From NCBI RefSeq assembly GCF_040938485.1, contig NW_027270918.1:6138001-6202000 (forward strand): 64,000 nt of DNA. The letters run 5' to 3'. Shown one piece after another: positions 25,201 through 37,333 of this stretch; the first letter of the stretch is position 1; each line of letters begins with the position of its first letter. The notes below the pieces were generated by a model, which did not search any database, was not told where the DNA came from, and saw nothing but the letters and a program-made list of their open reading frames with translations. The translations under genes and the position numbers were made by a program. This stretch comes from Diadema antillarum. Lineage: Eukaryota.

Positions 25201-28200
25201 GAGTTGATGACATTGATTAATAAATATTGTCCTGTGTTTCTTACCTTGCTTCCCTTTGAAGACTTTGAAACAGAAGAGCCTTCCTCAAAACTTTGTACAA
25301 TGGACCTCCTGAAAACGAAAAGGAAACAAAAGAATATGAGGTTTGGTGGTACTAATTTTTCTGAGCAATAGGCTATAATCATCATCAAAAAGGTGTCTAT
25401 GTCAGCTCCCTATAACTATGCTGCATTTTCCCCTTCTACATGGAGGAAAAACAGACAATACTCTACAATAAAATAGATGCGTAATAAGTGACTCAGCAAA
25501 TTTTCCTCCGTCTCAGTGGATCTAGTCATCTTTTCATGAGCTTCATGACGGATGTGGAAATTATACAGCTTTCAAATATGGCACTTGAATTTAGAACCAT
25601 CAATATCAAAAAGCTCTTTCCCCTCGTTCAAATTGTTATAGTTGATATCACGTAACTGTGTCCAGTTTACATTGAAAACTAAAGCTAATGCCAGTCAAGA
25701 GAATTTCAGGCTGACAGGCTGAAAATTCTGTGATTTCATTATTGCCTTCAAACATCATTGGGTCAAATGACTGTCAATATGTATGTGTCAAGCCACGGGT
25801 ATTATTTATCATTTTTCTTTTTTTGTGGAGAATCTTACCACAACATATAGCATAAAGTGTTTGGCAGAGTCAAGTGCACCTTTCCGAAAGAAACACACAG
25901 TTTAATTTTCAGAAGGTTTTCATACAAAACTAAAAACTACCCAAACTATGACAAGATAAAAGAGCTTTCTTACAGATGCTGCTTTCTATTTACTTGCCAA
26001 ATGGTGATATGAGGTTTGACCTCATATAATCATTAATGACCAGTATTCCAGGTCCAACTGTGTGGGAAGTGTACCTTTTCAGCTTCTTCGCACTGAGTTC
26101 CTTGAATTTTCTCAGCTTGCTCTTTGGCGTCTCCTGCCAGTGGTCACCACCCTTTGAGCCAATCATCTCATTCATAGCCAGTCTGCTTGGAGTGTGTCCC
26201 GCAAACGAGTCGTCGGCGTAGACAATGGAGGGCGTTCCAAAGCGGAAGAGGGTCTCCCCGTCTGCAGTGATGGCATCTGAGTCAATCACAAAATGATAAA
26301 CGTTGATTGAGAAATATGTAAAATCGTATTTGATGCAATCTAAATTACATCAGCATAAACCTGTAGTTTGATTTGTGATGGACATATGCATGCACAGTAC
26401 ATGGAGGATACATACGTGCAAGGTATATATTCCAATATATTCTTTATTAATATCTTAACTCAATACTGTTGATGATTGTTTTAATGATGTAAAATCTACT
26501 GCTTTGACACAGTTATCTTTTTCAAGCTTCTTTCTAAGTCATTGAAAAAAAATTGAAGAAATCAAGAGATAGAGTAAGAATTTGTCTTCATATACTAAAA
26601 TTACTATCAACATTTTCTCCATGAAGAGAAGATACACTGTCTGTCAAAATTATGTAAATATTTCTCAACATGTTGTTAAAAACATTACAGAGTTGAAATA
26701 GATTATTCATGATGTAGGGTGCTAAGGCCATGGTGAATCCATGAGGAGCCATTAACCCTAGGGGGTGGACTGTACCTGTCTCTCCCAGGGCTGGTCTGGC
26801 TGGCTGGAGGGGTGTGACAGGTGTCCCAGAGCCCTGCGGCTGAGACTTGTGGAGATGAAGGCCTGGCTTGCTGAACTGGGGATCCACCGTCATCTTATGC
26901 AACATGGCTTTCCTGGGAAATGTATAGAGTTGTCCACAAAAGTGGTCCATCAGTAGGATAACAACATAAGATCCATGATCACATAGAATTGCTTTAGATA
27001 ATTGCACACTTAAAAAGGTGCTCAGATGTTATCTCTGATGAAATTGGACAATGTGAATATGTATCTCATTATCCGCATTTGATTAGAGTTTCCGGTAATA
27101 CACAAGGCTTACAAGAATGATTATATATAAGGACTGGCTATTACAAAAGGCAGAAGTCAACATCTGAAATCAGGAAGTAATAACAATTTTGATGTCAGTG
27201 ATACTTGCATTAATGGATTGCTGTTCTAAAAATAAATACATTATGACTATATTTTTTTTTTCAACCAACTGATGTACACAAATGGGTTGTGGCTATGAAG
27301 CAGTGCAACTCGTCTCAGGCATGTCCATTTCTTGTTTCTAAGACCAGTGATGGCATTCACAAACCTTGGTGAAGTGATTACAGTTGAGCCATGACAATAC
27401 TTTTTGGCCACAGTGTACATGCACTGGAGTTTATGATACCAGCTCTCCCATTAGGAAGATCAACACTGGTAATATATTATATCATAGTGATAATAATAAT
27501 GTTGATGATGATGATTATGATGATGACAATATTAATAATCATCATCATCGGCGACATCATCATAGCCAGACAGAACACTGACAGGACCAGCAGTTTCTTT
27601 TGTCCTATTGAAATTTCTTTATAATCAAAGGGAATTTTGCACTATTGACCTTTATGAAAATTAATGATATAGGGACCTGAATTTTTACTTTGTTCTAGCA
27701 AAATTTCTGTGAAACCATGTTTGTTGTAATGGAAGCACCTTGTAATATCAACACAGTGTTCATCCATTGGAATATAATGATGCCAACTCTCCCCAAAGGA
27801 ATATCTCACCTCTTGCTGGATAGAACTGAACCACCAAGGTCCTCACTAGCTTTCCTCTTCATGATCTTTGGTGTCTCTGAGGAAATGGAATCAATGAAGG
27901 ATCTCTCATTAGCTCTGCAGACATTCCTAATATCTACAAGTTTGTGCAAGGGTGAATGACATGAAAAAAAAATCACCTATCTTCAAATGTCAGTATACAT
28001 TGCAATGCAAAAAAAAAAAAATTATTATTTGTTCTAAATTGCTGGTTGTATGGCTGAGAAAGCCTATACTCTATCAAATAGCAGACTGTCTGTAACTCAT
28101 AAAAACACAAAACTTGAATACATCTATTCTAAATATCATATTATTCCCATAGCTGCTGGTGCAGACATGACCAGGAGCTCAACGTACTTGCACAGTGAGA

Positions 28201-31200
28201 TTCTTTTTTTCATCACACACACACACACACACACACAAACAAAACTAAAGCTATCACTAAATGTGATTAATACCCCCACCTAGATTACCAAGTTTAGTTT
28301 AAGCAATCATGTATGATCAATGCACTAACAATAATTACAAGTGCTTTTTATTGCAAAATCAACAATGTAAAGTTGGGTAGAATCCATCATCCCACGTAAT
28401 CAAGATGATAGCACTTGATCAAAGGGAGATGCATGTTTTAAAACACAGAGTGTACACTTACCAGAAGCTGGGCCATTGCGAATACCAAGACTGTGACCAA
28501 GACCATTCACAAGAACTGTAAGAAACATTACAAAATGTTGGTATGCAATGTTAACAAGATGCAGAGTCATCTTCTATAACTAACCCATGATGACATTTCA
28601 TTGACATTTTACTTGCAAGCATTTCAAGTTAATTAAGTCTATCAAGTCCTGGTGTTTCACATATATCCACGTTAATTAGTAGATTATTATAGTCCAAATC
28701 TCCAAGGTAGTTCAGAGTTTCTTTAGATTAAAACCTTATTCAACTACAGGGCCCAATACAATTGTACATTCTGACTTATAACAGGTGCAGGGTTCCACTG
28801 CAATGTAACATTCACTTTTAACATTGCTGAGATGCCTGAGAGAGTGTGTTGCATTCAATTCAGAAGGCAAAACTCATTGTTTTGTTTTGTCAAGTGCTTT
28901 GCTTTTTGTCACAGATATTCCTGCAGAATTAGGATGACCTAGCCTGTTCGGGTGTGACTATTACAACTGAGACTTTAGAGAGTTGGGCAAAATGTAATCA
29001 TCATGTAATATTGGAAGTAAAAAAATATCAAGAAATCAGGGAGACTCTATCTCCAAATTAGATTTATACAGTGCACTCCCGTTATAACGAAATGCTCGGG
29101 ACCGGCAGTTTTCTTTCGTTATAACCGAACAAATACAATATCTCACTAAAACAAGGAAACCACGCATATATCATATTCTGTTTGTTGAATACTCATCTTA
29201 CACTATGCAGCTATGTGAAATGGGATGGCACACTGTACCTTTTAAATTTCGTTTTGATATTACATTGAAGAGAGCATAAAATTTACGGAAACTGTGCGTG
29301 ACACAAGGAGGGAACACACCATGATGTGAAGCGTTCGCCCATGCTTGTTCCGCTACGTATTTTCGAAAGCGATCCGCATTTCGTTAAAACGGAGCACATT
29401 TCTTTTGTTTTTCTTTGTCCGTGGGGCTCGGAAAAGACTTTGTTATAACGGAAATTTCGCTATAACCGTGTTCGTTATAAGCGAATTTTGTACCATAGAC
29501 ATTAATGGCGATAATTTTGGGACCAGAAGTTTTACTTCGTTATAACGAAATTTCGTTATAACCGTGTTCGTTTTAACGGGAGTGCACTGTATTACAGTTG
29601 ACTGTGGCATACAAAATCTCTCTATAGGCATTGAACTGTAATTGAGATGTATTAGATTAATTGCACTGCATAAGATTGATTTCGTCAATGTTGAGTTGGA
29701 CACTGCACAACCAGAAACAATCGCGGAATGAAATTTTTGCGAATTGGAGCCGACTTCCTTTTTTTGTGTGTGGCATAAACTATTCCCTAATGTCTGACCA
29801 AGATGGCATACTGCATTGTACTGGCATTCAATGCATTGCGTAGACAAAAACTTTTGGGTGCATTTTACCCTTCACGAAATTCTTGAAAATTTCATGAATG
29901 CAAAAATTTCTGGTTTTGCAGTATTCCACAAACTCACTGATATTTCAGTCGTTTGATGACATGCATTTGTTCCATGAAGGTGGGTTTCTCTTACACTGAC
30001 ACGTTTAACCAATATGGGATAAAAATGTCACATAAACATGCCATCACACATGACTTTCTTTCCTTCCTTCTGGACTTCACATGTTATTTGATATTTGCTT
30101 TACTTTCTTGTGAGAAAAAAGGAGATTCAGAGATAACTTGTTCCTATTGGAGAAGTAACACTGCAGCCATGGTTCTGAAGGATGTGAAATACAGCAATGC
30201 TAGTCTATAATGTAAAGAGAGACTGCTTTTATGGGTATGTAGTGATCTCTCTCAAAATTTATTTACAAAATTGTGACACTGATGAGTTACCCTAAGTGCA
30301 TGCTTGCCTTTGTCACTCTTTAATAGAGCAAGCCATTCCATTAGTTAATCACCACAAGTCAATGAACCATGAGGTATTGATCAGCATTTAATGCCCCTGA
30401 TATAGGGAGGAGTGTACTTGTACTGTACAATGCTTTCAAGGCCAAAATATTATCTATGCCCCCCCCCCCTCAACTTATCTCATGTTGGGTTACACTGACT
30501 GGGTTTAGCATACTCCTTTAATAAACTGTGCATTATTATCAGAAAGAAAAAGTATCAATGACAATAAAATTAAACTTTGACTGGGTTTTTGAGTCGGCAA
30601 ATTTTGATAACAGACTCATATTGAAAACAGTTACCCTGTGCTTTAAATTCATTGAGAGAAATATTGTTTCTGAAATACATAATAGATCATACAATGTATG
30701 TCACATATATTTCAGTATAAAGGGACTTGGTGCCATCTGCCTAACCTTGGAAAGATGAACCACTTTTCCTTCTCCGCCTCTTCACAGAACGGCTGGAGTC
30801 CTCAAGGTTATCATCACTTTTCTCCAGCTCATCCTCCGACGTCAGACGATCCAGGTGTTCTCTTGAACGGCCATGGCCGGCAATCATAACTCTGTCCATC
30901 ATCCAATCAGGCACCTCCCCGATCAGTTTGGCATTCTCTATCATCACCTTGACGACCGATGTCTGCAGGGCAATCACTCTGTCAGGATTCTTCTTGTCCG
31001 CCGGCGTGATCTCACCCATGATGTTCGGCGTGAAGACCTTTGCCAGATTGGAGGCATCCATGCGGTTGTGCTCGTTCTGGGCACCGACCTTGTGCAGGAA
31101 GAGCATGAGGAATCGCAGGGTCTGGAGGTGGAGCGGCGGCAGGAGGTAGCAAATGTTGAGGATGATCCAGCGCTGCTCCGTGGCATCATCCGATTGGTGG

Positions 31201-31580
31201 CCCTTCAGGAGGGCACTCTGGAGGCGGGGCGTGAGCAGCGGTTCCGGCAGGCTCCGGAAGAACTGCTTGAAGAGGCTGCAGACATCAGCTGCATTGGCAT
31301 CCTGAGGAATCGGGTGGCCGTTCTCCAATTTTTGCTGTAAGAAAGAAATCATGTGCAATACACTTCTGATTCATTGTTCCATGATTTTCTTACCTATTTG
31401 AGGGTGCAGCTGCCATGTTTTACAATGACAACAGTGCCTTCTTTTTTCTTTACCCCCTGGGCAACTACCCCAGACCCTTCCCTGACCCTAACCCCAATCC
31501 TCATCCTAAACCTAATCCTAACCCTAAACCGAACCCTAACCCTACTCTTTACTCTCACCTCATATCACTAACCAGTATCT

Positions 31581-31611
<31 letters not shown>

Positions 31612-34600
31612 TAATTGCCCTGATACATTTTTGGCTTCTTTTTTTGTTTTGTTTTTTTTCCTGTGGAATGGATAATCCGAAATAGTTCTTGCCATGGTGC
31701 TCAAAATTTTGGTTTTAGGATGTCATGCAAAAAAAAATAATAATAATGAATAAATAATAGGAATAATTAACTTTAAAAAAAAATCAGCTTGTCTATATCT
31801 GATGCTCAAATCCCTCATCGACCACCAGCCTGCCGGAAGTATGCAATCCATCTCTGAGAAGCCCTCCTTCAAAAAGTATCAATGCATGTTATCACACAAA
31901 AATACATTTTAACAAAAACAAACAGGCTTTAAAAAAAAATGTTGCACATGATTATTCATCATGATGCAATAATATAAATTACATTTTCTGATACAGAGGC
32001 AAGATGACACAATTGTCAATTGTAGGCATGGACAGACCTTTATTTGCTATATTGATGCTCCAAGTAATTTTGTGTTAGTGCATGGACTAATGCATTTGTA
32101 TGGTACATCAATCATAAACATGCACTGCAACCATTCTTCTATCCAAAAAGTTGACACAAGTGTGACACCTTTGCATGAAAAAGAAAAAAAAAATCTACTG
32201 GATTGCCAAAACATTACCGTTACCTAGCAGGAATGCTTTACAGTTGACCTGCAGTTTGTACTGTTATAGAACGCAGCTGTAAAAGAATGTCTTCAAAAAT
32301 ATACTTTCACTGAGTAGCAGTAAATTGAGGAAGAAAGGGACTAGCAATTCAATAAATTCCTTTCAAGGGTCAAGTCGAAAGAGCAAAAACAAGACGTGAG
32401 AAGACAAAACAAAATCACACAACATATCAAGTTACCTGTAGCAACTTCTGCCTTGCCTTGGAGCCAGAAACACGAAAGATACCCTCCTGCTTCAAATGCT
32501 TGTCAAGAAATGTGATGCACTCCACCAGAAATCTTTAAAGAGAGGCAAGATACATGGGCTTAGCTCGTACACATGCATATACACTATGTACATGTGTAAT
32601 CAATTTTTTGCACTATCACACATATGAGCTTTATATTCCACAATAGCTATAAGATAGGAATTAGATTTAATTAAATGAAGCAGTATCTTTAGGCTCAGGT
32701 TTGTAATGGATATTCTCTTTTTATGTAAAAGGATCAGAGATTATTGCAGGTCTGCCAACATTCCCACATCAAAATCAGGGAGATTCCACACAGCAATCAG
32801 GGAGATATCTATGTGTTACATGCATTTCAATGAGCAAAAATAATTTCCAAATCAGGGAGATTTTAATATTCTCTTATTCAGACATGAACAGATTTTGACA
32901 TTTTTAGGGAGACTCCTGCAGAATCAGGGAGATTTGGCAGCTCTGTTATTGTTAAAAAGAAAATCAAATGTTCCAAAACTTCATGGATTTACTCAGGATA
33001 ATCTGTAGAATGATATTGCTGTATAATACTGGTCATCATGATTCAGTGTATGTCAATGCATGTGTATTAGTTTGGTATATTGTCATTTTAGCTCTGTCTG
33101 TAAATCATTTAATTGCTTTATCAAACAGTAATTCAATTCACTAAGTATACAAACCTAGATCAATGTTCTTACCTTGGAACACAGCAATGGGAGCTTTCAT
33201 CTTTGATGATGGAATATGCCTTCAGGGTCTTCCCAAAGAGCGCCAATGTATTTGCTGACTCCTGGAGAAATGATACAAAGTCTGCACTTGTAATGTATGA
33301 AAGGCTAAGACAAATAAATGACATTGTGACAAGGATGAGGATACTATAAACGTGGAAACAAAACTTCTCACTATCGTTACCTATCAGCATACTGTATACG
33401 CTATAATTTTCGCGTACATAAATTTTCGCGAATTGCCGCTGTCACACATTTTCGCGAGTGGTTAAATTCGCGATTGGGGGACCAGAGAAAATATGAAGTG
33501 ACAAAGAAAGTGTGAATTTTCAACTTACTAGCAAATAAGAATGATACTAGTAAAAAAAATACACTGCGTGAAAAAAACTTACCAAACTCTGCGAACTAGT
33601 AAGTTAGAATTCAACATTTTTGAAGTGGTTAAGTCCATCACGATAACCGTTCTAGATTTCTGACGAGTGGTCCCCTTGCGATAATGGATTGGGTCTCTAC
33701 AGTATTCGCAAGTAGACGTGGACGTGCGTAAACAAGCTTAGCCAGTATGGTCTGTAACGTAAGCCGTGACATGGTATACTAGTACTGAAATGTTCGTATC
33801 ATCAAGGCAAGGGATTCATTTTGGAAGGTAATATTTTCTCGTGTTGTTAATTTCGCGAATAGCTCCCGAATCGCAAAATTCGCGAAAATGAAACCCCCGC
33901 GAAATATATAGCGTATACAGTACATTCCCCCATATTAACAGGCCAAAGCCTTCGAACTACTGTGTTCCTAGCTCTAGTTACTATTGACCGAAAGACTGGT
34001 CGGTCCCGCAGAGACAATGTCTGGCTTCACGGAATCCCCTCCGAGGAGAGTCGTTGTCAAGAAATGATGAAAACTCCTCCGGACAGAGATTTTTCTGTCT
34101 CATACTATACGGGGCGCTCCCTCTCGTACAGTTGCAGTGGCGGATCCAGGGGGCGCACCGGGCGCCCCCTTTATTTTTATTGTTAGAACAAAAGAAATAA
34201 AAAGAAGAAAATGAAAGAAGGTACGTGCATCCCCCTTTAATAAGAATCTGTTTATTTTGCACCCCCCCCCTTCCTTTCCAGAATTCCTGGATATGGATCC
34301 GCCCCTTTGTTGTAATTCAACTGTTGAAAATTGTTCGCAATCACGTTTGGGCTGGTCGCAGTTAAATTAAGTTTTGACCGAAAGATATCTGTAATGTTTG
34401 ACTGTATCTGCTGGTCGTCGTGGCCTGTCACGCAGACTGTGTCTGGCTTCACAGAATCCTCTCCTGAGGCTGAGCTGAGGAAAGCCGATAAAAAGTCAAA
34501 AAATGATTCTAGTACCACGTAATAAAACACTCCTCTGGACAAACAGATTAATTTTTCTGTCTGAATTTAGAACCTAGTTTTTAGTTAGTTTAAGTTACCG

Positions 34601-35288
34601 GTATCTATTCTAAGTTCTATGCTTAACCCTAGGCCCTTCCTGAATATTTCCAGCAGGGTAAGTTGTTGACCGAAAGATCAGTCTGTATCTGTCCGTCGGG
34701 GAAATGTTCCGCGGAGACTGTGTCTGGCTTCACGGATCCCCTGTAAATATAAAAGAGTCCTCCGGACAGACGGATCTTTCTGTCTAGGTAAGTTGTTTCT
34801 TGATGTTGATCATGTTGATTTTCACTTTCTCACCCTGGGTACCATTTTTCATGGAATTGCCCTCATAATGTGATCAGATGATGATCACAGAAGATGGTTC
34901 AACTTTACGTAGCTAACTTGTTTATCGACCATCAACGGCTACGGTGGCGTTCCATAACAGCCGCAGGTCAGCCAGGCACAGTACGGTCGAGTCGGCGTGC
35001 GCGTACAGAGTGTCCATACATGTACTCCACTTCGTATTTCATGATTTGGGAAGACACAGGAAAACGCGTTTGGGACTAACCCACAACACACATCGCTACA
35101 CGTACCATATCGATATCACAGATCACCACAAACGAAGAATAAAACATCGAAATTTCCAAACTTACGTGAGCCTGAAAACTGCGATTTACGTCTTTCTTCT
35201 TGGATATTCTTATACCTAAGTTTTTCAGTTCTCGTTTCACGATGAGCTGAAGTGATTCAACGTCGTCGATTTCCCAAGAAAACGTCAT
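19277..35288 (-). CDS. ARHGAP11A: Rho GTPase-activating protein 11A-like, 10 coding exons, 1428 aa: 35166-35288, 33173-33261, 32436-32532, 30746-31334, 28462-28515, 27810-27933, 26776-26912, 25994-26276, 25245-25308, 19277-22003
   Basis: All ten exons are phase-compatible GT-AG (total 4287 nt). RhoGAP motifs: EGIFRVSGS (arginine finger), LFKQFFRSLPEPLL, NRMDASNLAKVFTPN. ARHGAP11-type features: IGEVPD, KRRRRKS after the domain, and VGWRLAN at the start of the 2727-nt terminal exon. The small middle exons are less certain than the GAP exons. Confidence 0.85.
22574..22930 (-). pseudogene. C-terminal remnant of the DIRS tyrosine recombinase
   Basis: Translates RVCIVRYLREYLRRT...LLISFCKPYHRVSTQTLSRWIK..AGID...SAHSTRAASAS...ILAQAGWSNEKTFQTYY: HxxR, GW and the Tyr nucleophile region of lambda-integrase-fold recombinases. 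The N-terminal and core part is absent and there is no ATG. Confidence 0.85.
22885..23796 (-). CDS. DIRS gag-like ORF1, truncated by the internal deletion (303 aa including a short out-of-frame tail)
   Basis: ATG 186 nt inside the left ITR. It has a low-complexity N-terminus followed by PPPSNCPHLDTPKVNAPIWEHL..RNRDLKLQRVQK, of the kind seen in invertebrate DIRS ORF1 proteins. It occupies the ORF1 position. Confidence 0.72.
   Translation of the reverse strand: MSSKEQHDPSFALRATRGQEVCATKSELPPPAPPSGDAGTAHVQKNVSIGKAQDSGKKTMKKIPKKAPHTVSKAPSEDRASTSGDVSSRLDKLENLLAEVVKHLPQSHDKTTSRAAVVHTGASTSKSTAEEFSRLPTNVRHFVGDDFDTSTSEDAERDGPFDFDEGVEEVPPAAQLPQLAAKYAIPLGIGEAVDEEIAKSVNYFIGNKLEDKAIEETVEKYPPPSNCPHLDTPKVNAPIWEHLQSVTRNRDLKLQRVQKCLTRGIGALLRSLDARDISESQQDALALLSKTDEFALYDTFESI
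29069..29589. mobile_element. pogo/Tigger-type MITE
   Basis: TA|CAGTGCACTCCCGTTATAACGAA...TTCGTTTTAACGGGAGTGCACTG|TA (22/23 TIR); repeated CGTTATAAC subterminal motifs. Confidence 0.8.
29701..29923. mobile_element. Degenerate MITE, ACTGCA.AACCAGAAA ends
   Basis: ACTGCACAACCAGAAA / TTTCTGGTTTTGCAGT inverted ends; TTTTGCG/CGCGGA motifs like the 33392-33920 element. Confidence 0.5.
32747..32945 (+). mobile_element. CAGxxCTGCCAA-ended MITE (hAT-like) with AATCAGGGAGA subrepeats
   Basis: CAGGTCTGCCAA...TTGGCAGCTCTG; 6-bp duplication TTATTG; several (AATC)AGGGAGA motifs. Confidence 0.65.
33392..33920. mobile_element. TA-flanked MITE with TTTTCGCG subterminal repeats
   Basis: Perfect 14-bp TIR CTGTATACGCTATA / TATAGCGTATACAG, with TA on both sides. 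Confidence 0.78.
34135..34307 (+). mobile_element. MITE, same CAGTGGCGGATCCAG family, ARHGAP11A intron 1
   Basis: Same TIRs and body (TAAAACAAAAGAAAT, GAATTCCTGGAT); flanks AGTTG / TGTTG (4 of 5 match). Confidence 0.72.
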
Positions 35289-35339
35289 ATTGGCAACGAT
35301 GTTTTATTACTGCAGTCACTCTCTCGTCATATCATGTCA

Positions 35340-35465
35340 ACATAAAGTTTGAAAATCCCACGGTCGCTCGCTGGGCGATCGTTGATTGGTTGACACGCTT
35401 ATCACCACCACTTCGTACTGAGTGCGTGCGATGCTGATTCTTGAACAATGCGATACGATTGGATT
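35340..35465 (-). promoter_or_regulatory. Putative cell-cycle promoter of the ARHGAP11A-like gene (CHR plus two CCAAT boxes)
   Basis: TTTGAA at 35348-35353, 60 bp from the ATG, next to GTGGGA; CCAAT on the gene strand at 35385-35389 and 35458-35462. Confidence 0.45.
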
Positions 35466-36268
35466 GATAAGCACCAGTTGTCCTGTGTTCTTATATTTTC
35501 ATTGCAAGACTGGACGAAATTGCAAGGAGATATGAAGAAAAATAAATGACAGAGATGAAAAGAGGGAAACGAATGGCTTGACTGGTTCTATTATGCAAAC
35601 TCATTTCTTCATGAAATGCCCAGCGTTGATGACCTTGTGCAATGTCTGCGCCTTTGAATGTTTCTATGACAGATTTATGGCGCCATACAAATGCTGTGGG
35701 TCATCATCATCATCATCATCATCAATGTTAGTGTCTCCAGTCATAACTATAGTGCTGAAAATAATTACGATGTATTCTATTCAAGGTAAAATATTAACAA
35801 AACACAACTGAGATTAAAAATAGTAACAAACAGTAGGGGGTGCCTACAATACTGCGTTAACATGATAATTCAGATGAACATGTATAAATTATCACAAACA
35901 GCTGTATAAATACAAGAAAGTGGATGGGGATAACAAAAGCAAAGTTGTATGTTTGCTTGTTATGTTATAAGTTTTTTAAAACATAAATTATTATGATCTT
36001 AAAGATGACTTAAGATCTGATTTGTTATGATATTACAGTGAGTTGATCTGTATTGTCGCCTCTCCTAATCTATGATTATAATGTGGGCCTACGTGGTCTT
36101 AACTGTGTAACATGACTCGTGAAAGCTACGCTAGAACATGTGAAACTTTAAAATCCAATCATTCTCTTATCGGTTAGATTTAGATGGAACTTCCATTCTC
36201 GCGGCCTGATTTGAATCAGTATATCTACTTGAAGCATAGAGTAGGCCCAATCGGTCTAAGTTGCTTAA

Positions 36269-36657
36269 AGCCAGGACTGTACAGTACTGGTTGAGGTTGG
36301 GATTCATGTTTTGAACATATTCCTAAGTGAGATAATGAGAAATCTCTTATGAAATATGAAAAAGCATGTAGGCCTAATTTTAAGAAGGATTCAACATTTG
36401 ATGAAAATTGGTTTTCATATGGCTGAGATATAACAAAAAGTGATAATAATAAAAGGCGACAGGCCACGCCTTTTATTAGGATCTCTTTGTTTCACCTTGC
36501 TTTTGGATATCTCAACCATTTCGAAACCCATTTTTGTCAAATAAACTTTTGATATCCCTTAGAATTGCATGCTCTTTGACATCTCAGAGTGGTTTCTTAA
36601 TATCTCCCAAAATGTTAAAAGCTAAAACATCGCCTCGACCAGAACTGTACACACCCT
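36269..36657 (+). mobile_element. Fold-back non-autonomous DNA element (Kolobok-like, TTAA-type), degraded
   Basis: Starts TTAA|AG. It is internally palindromic around TTTGATGAAAATTGGTTTT...GGCTGAGATAT / ATATCTCAACC. An inverted relative lies at 36960-37333. Confidence 0.5.
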
Positions 36658-36959
36658 AAATTTTTTAAGCATCTAGGCCTATATGTGATCCATGCATTTG
36701 CTCCCACTGAAAACAACACTCATACCATTTAAATTCAATTGAAACTATGGTCATGACTTTCAAGCATATTCAGAACTCATCCCTCACCTTGCCACTTTGG
36801 CCGACTCGGTTTTTCATTCATCAGCATTGCAGACGATGAGCACGCATTCTCCGTGTACTCGCTCTAACATCTATTACAGTGACAGCTGACTTTGCTCCCC
36901 AATCTCGGGCACCTCGCTTCTCGACTACAGGTCAGCTTCAATCAAACATGGCACCTTCA

Positions 36960-37333
36960 AGGGATACACTAAGTATCGGTAGAGATGAGGAATGAGCGAT
37001 ATCAAGAAACCACTTATGACATAGCACAGAGCATACCAATCTAAGAATTCAAGCTTCATTTGATGAAAATTGGTTTTGGAATGGCTGAGATATCCAAAGA
37101 CAAAGTAAAACAGAGCGATCGAAATAAAAGTTAGGTCCCACTTTTCTGTTAGGATCGCTCTCTGTTTTGGATATCTCAGCCATATATTTCAAAACCAATT
37201 TTCGTCAAATGAATAATGGTGGATTCCTCTTGGAATTACGTTATGTTCTTTCATGTTTCATGAGAGGTTTCTTATCATCTCACAAAAGATATTAGAAACC
37301 TGTCCGTCTCAACCAAAACTATATATAATCCCT
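36960..37333 (-). mobile_element. Fold-back non-autonomous DNA element, same family as 36269-36657, opposite orientation
   Basis: AAGGGA...TCCCTTT ends; same GGCTGAGATATCC / GGATATCTCAGCC core. Confidence 0.5.

Noticed and set aside
31484-31545. Telomere-like CCCTAA repeats
   Set aside because: Short, degenerate and embedded in a small GGGCAACTACCCC...GGGATAATTGCCC repeat inside a RhoGAP intron; not a chromosome end or fusion scar.
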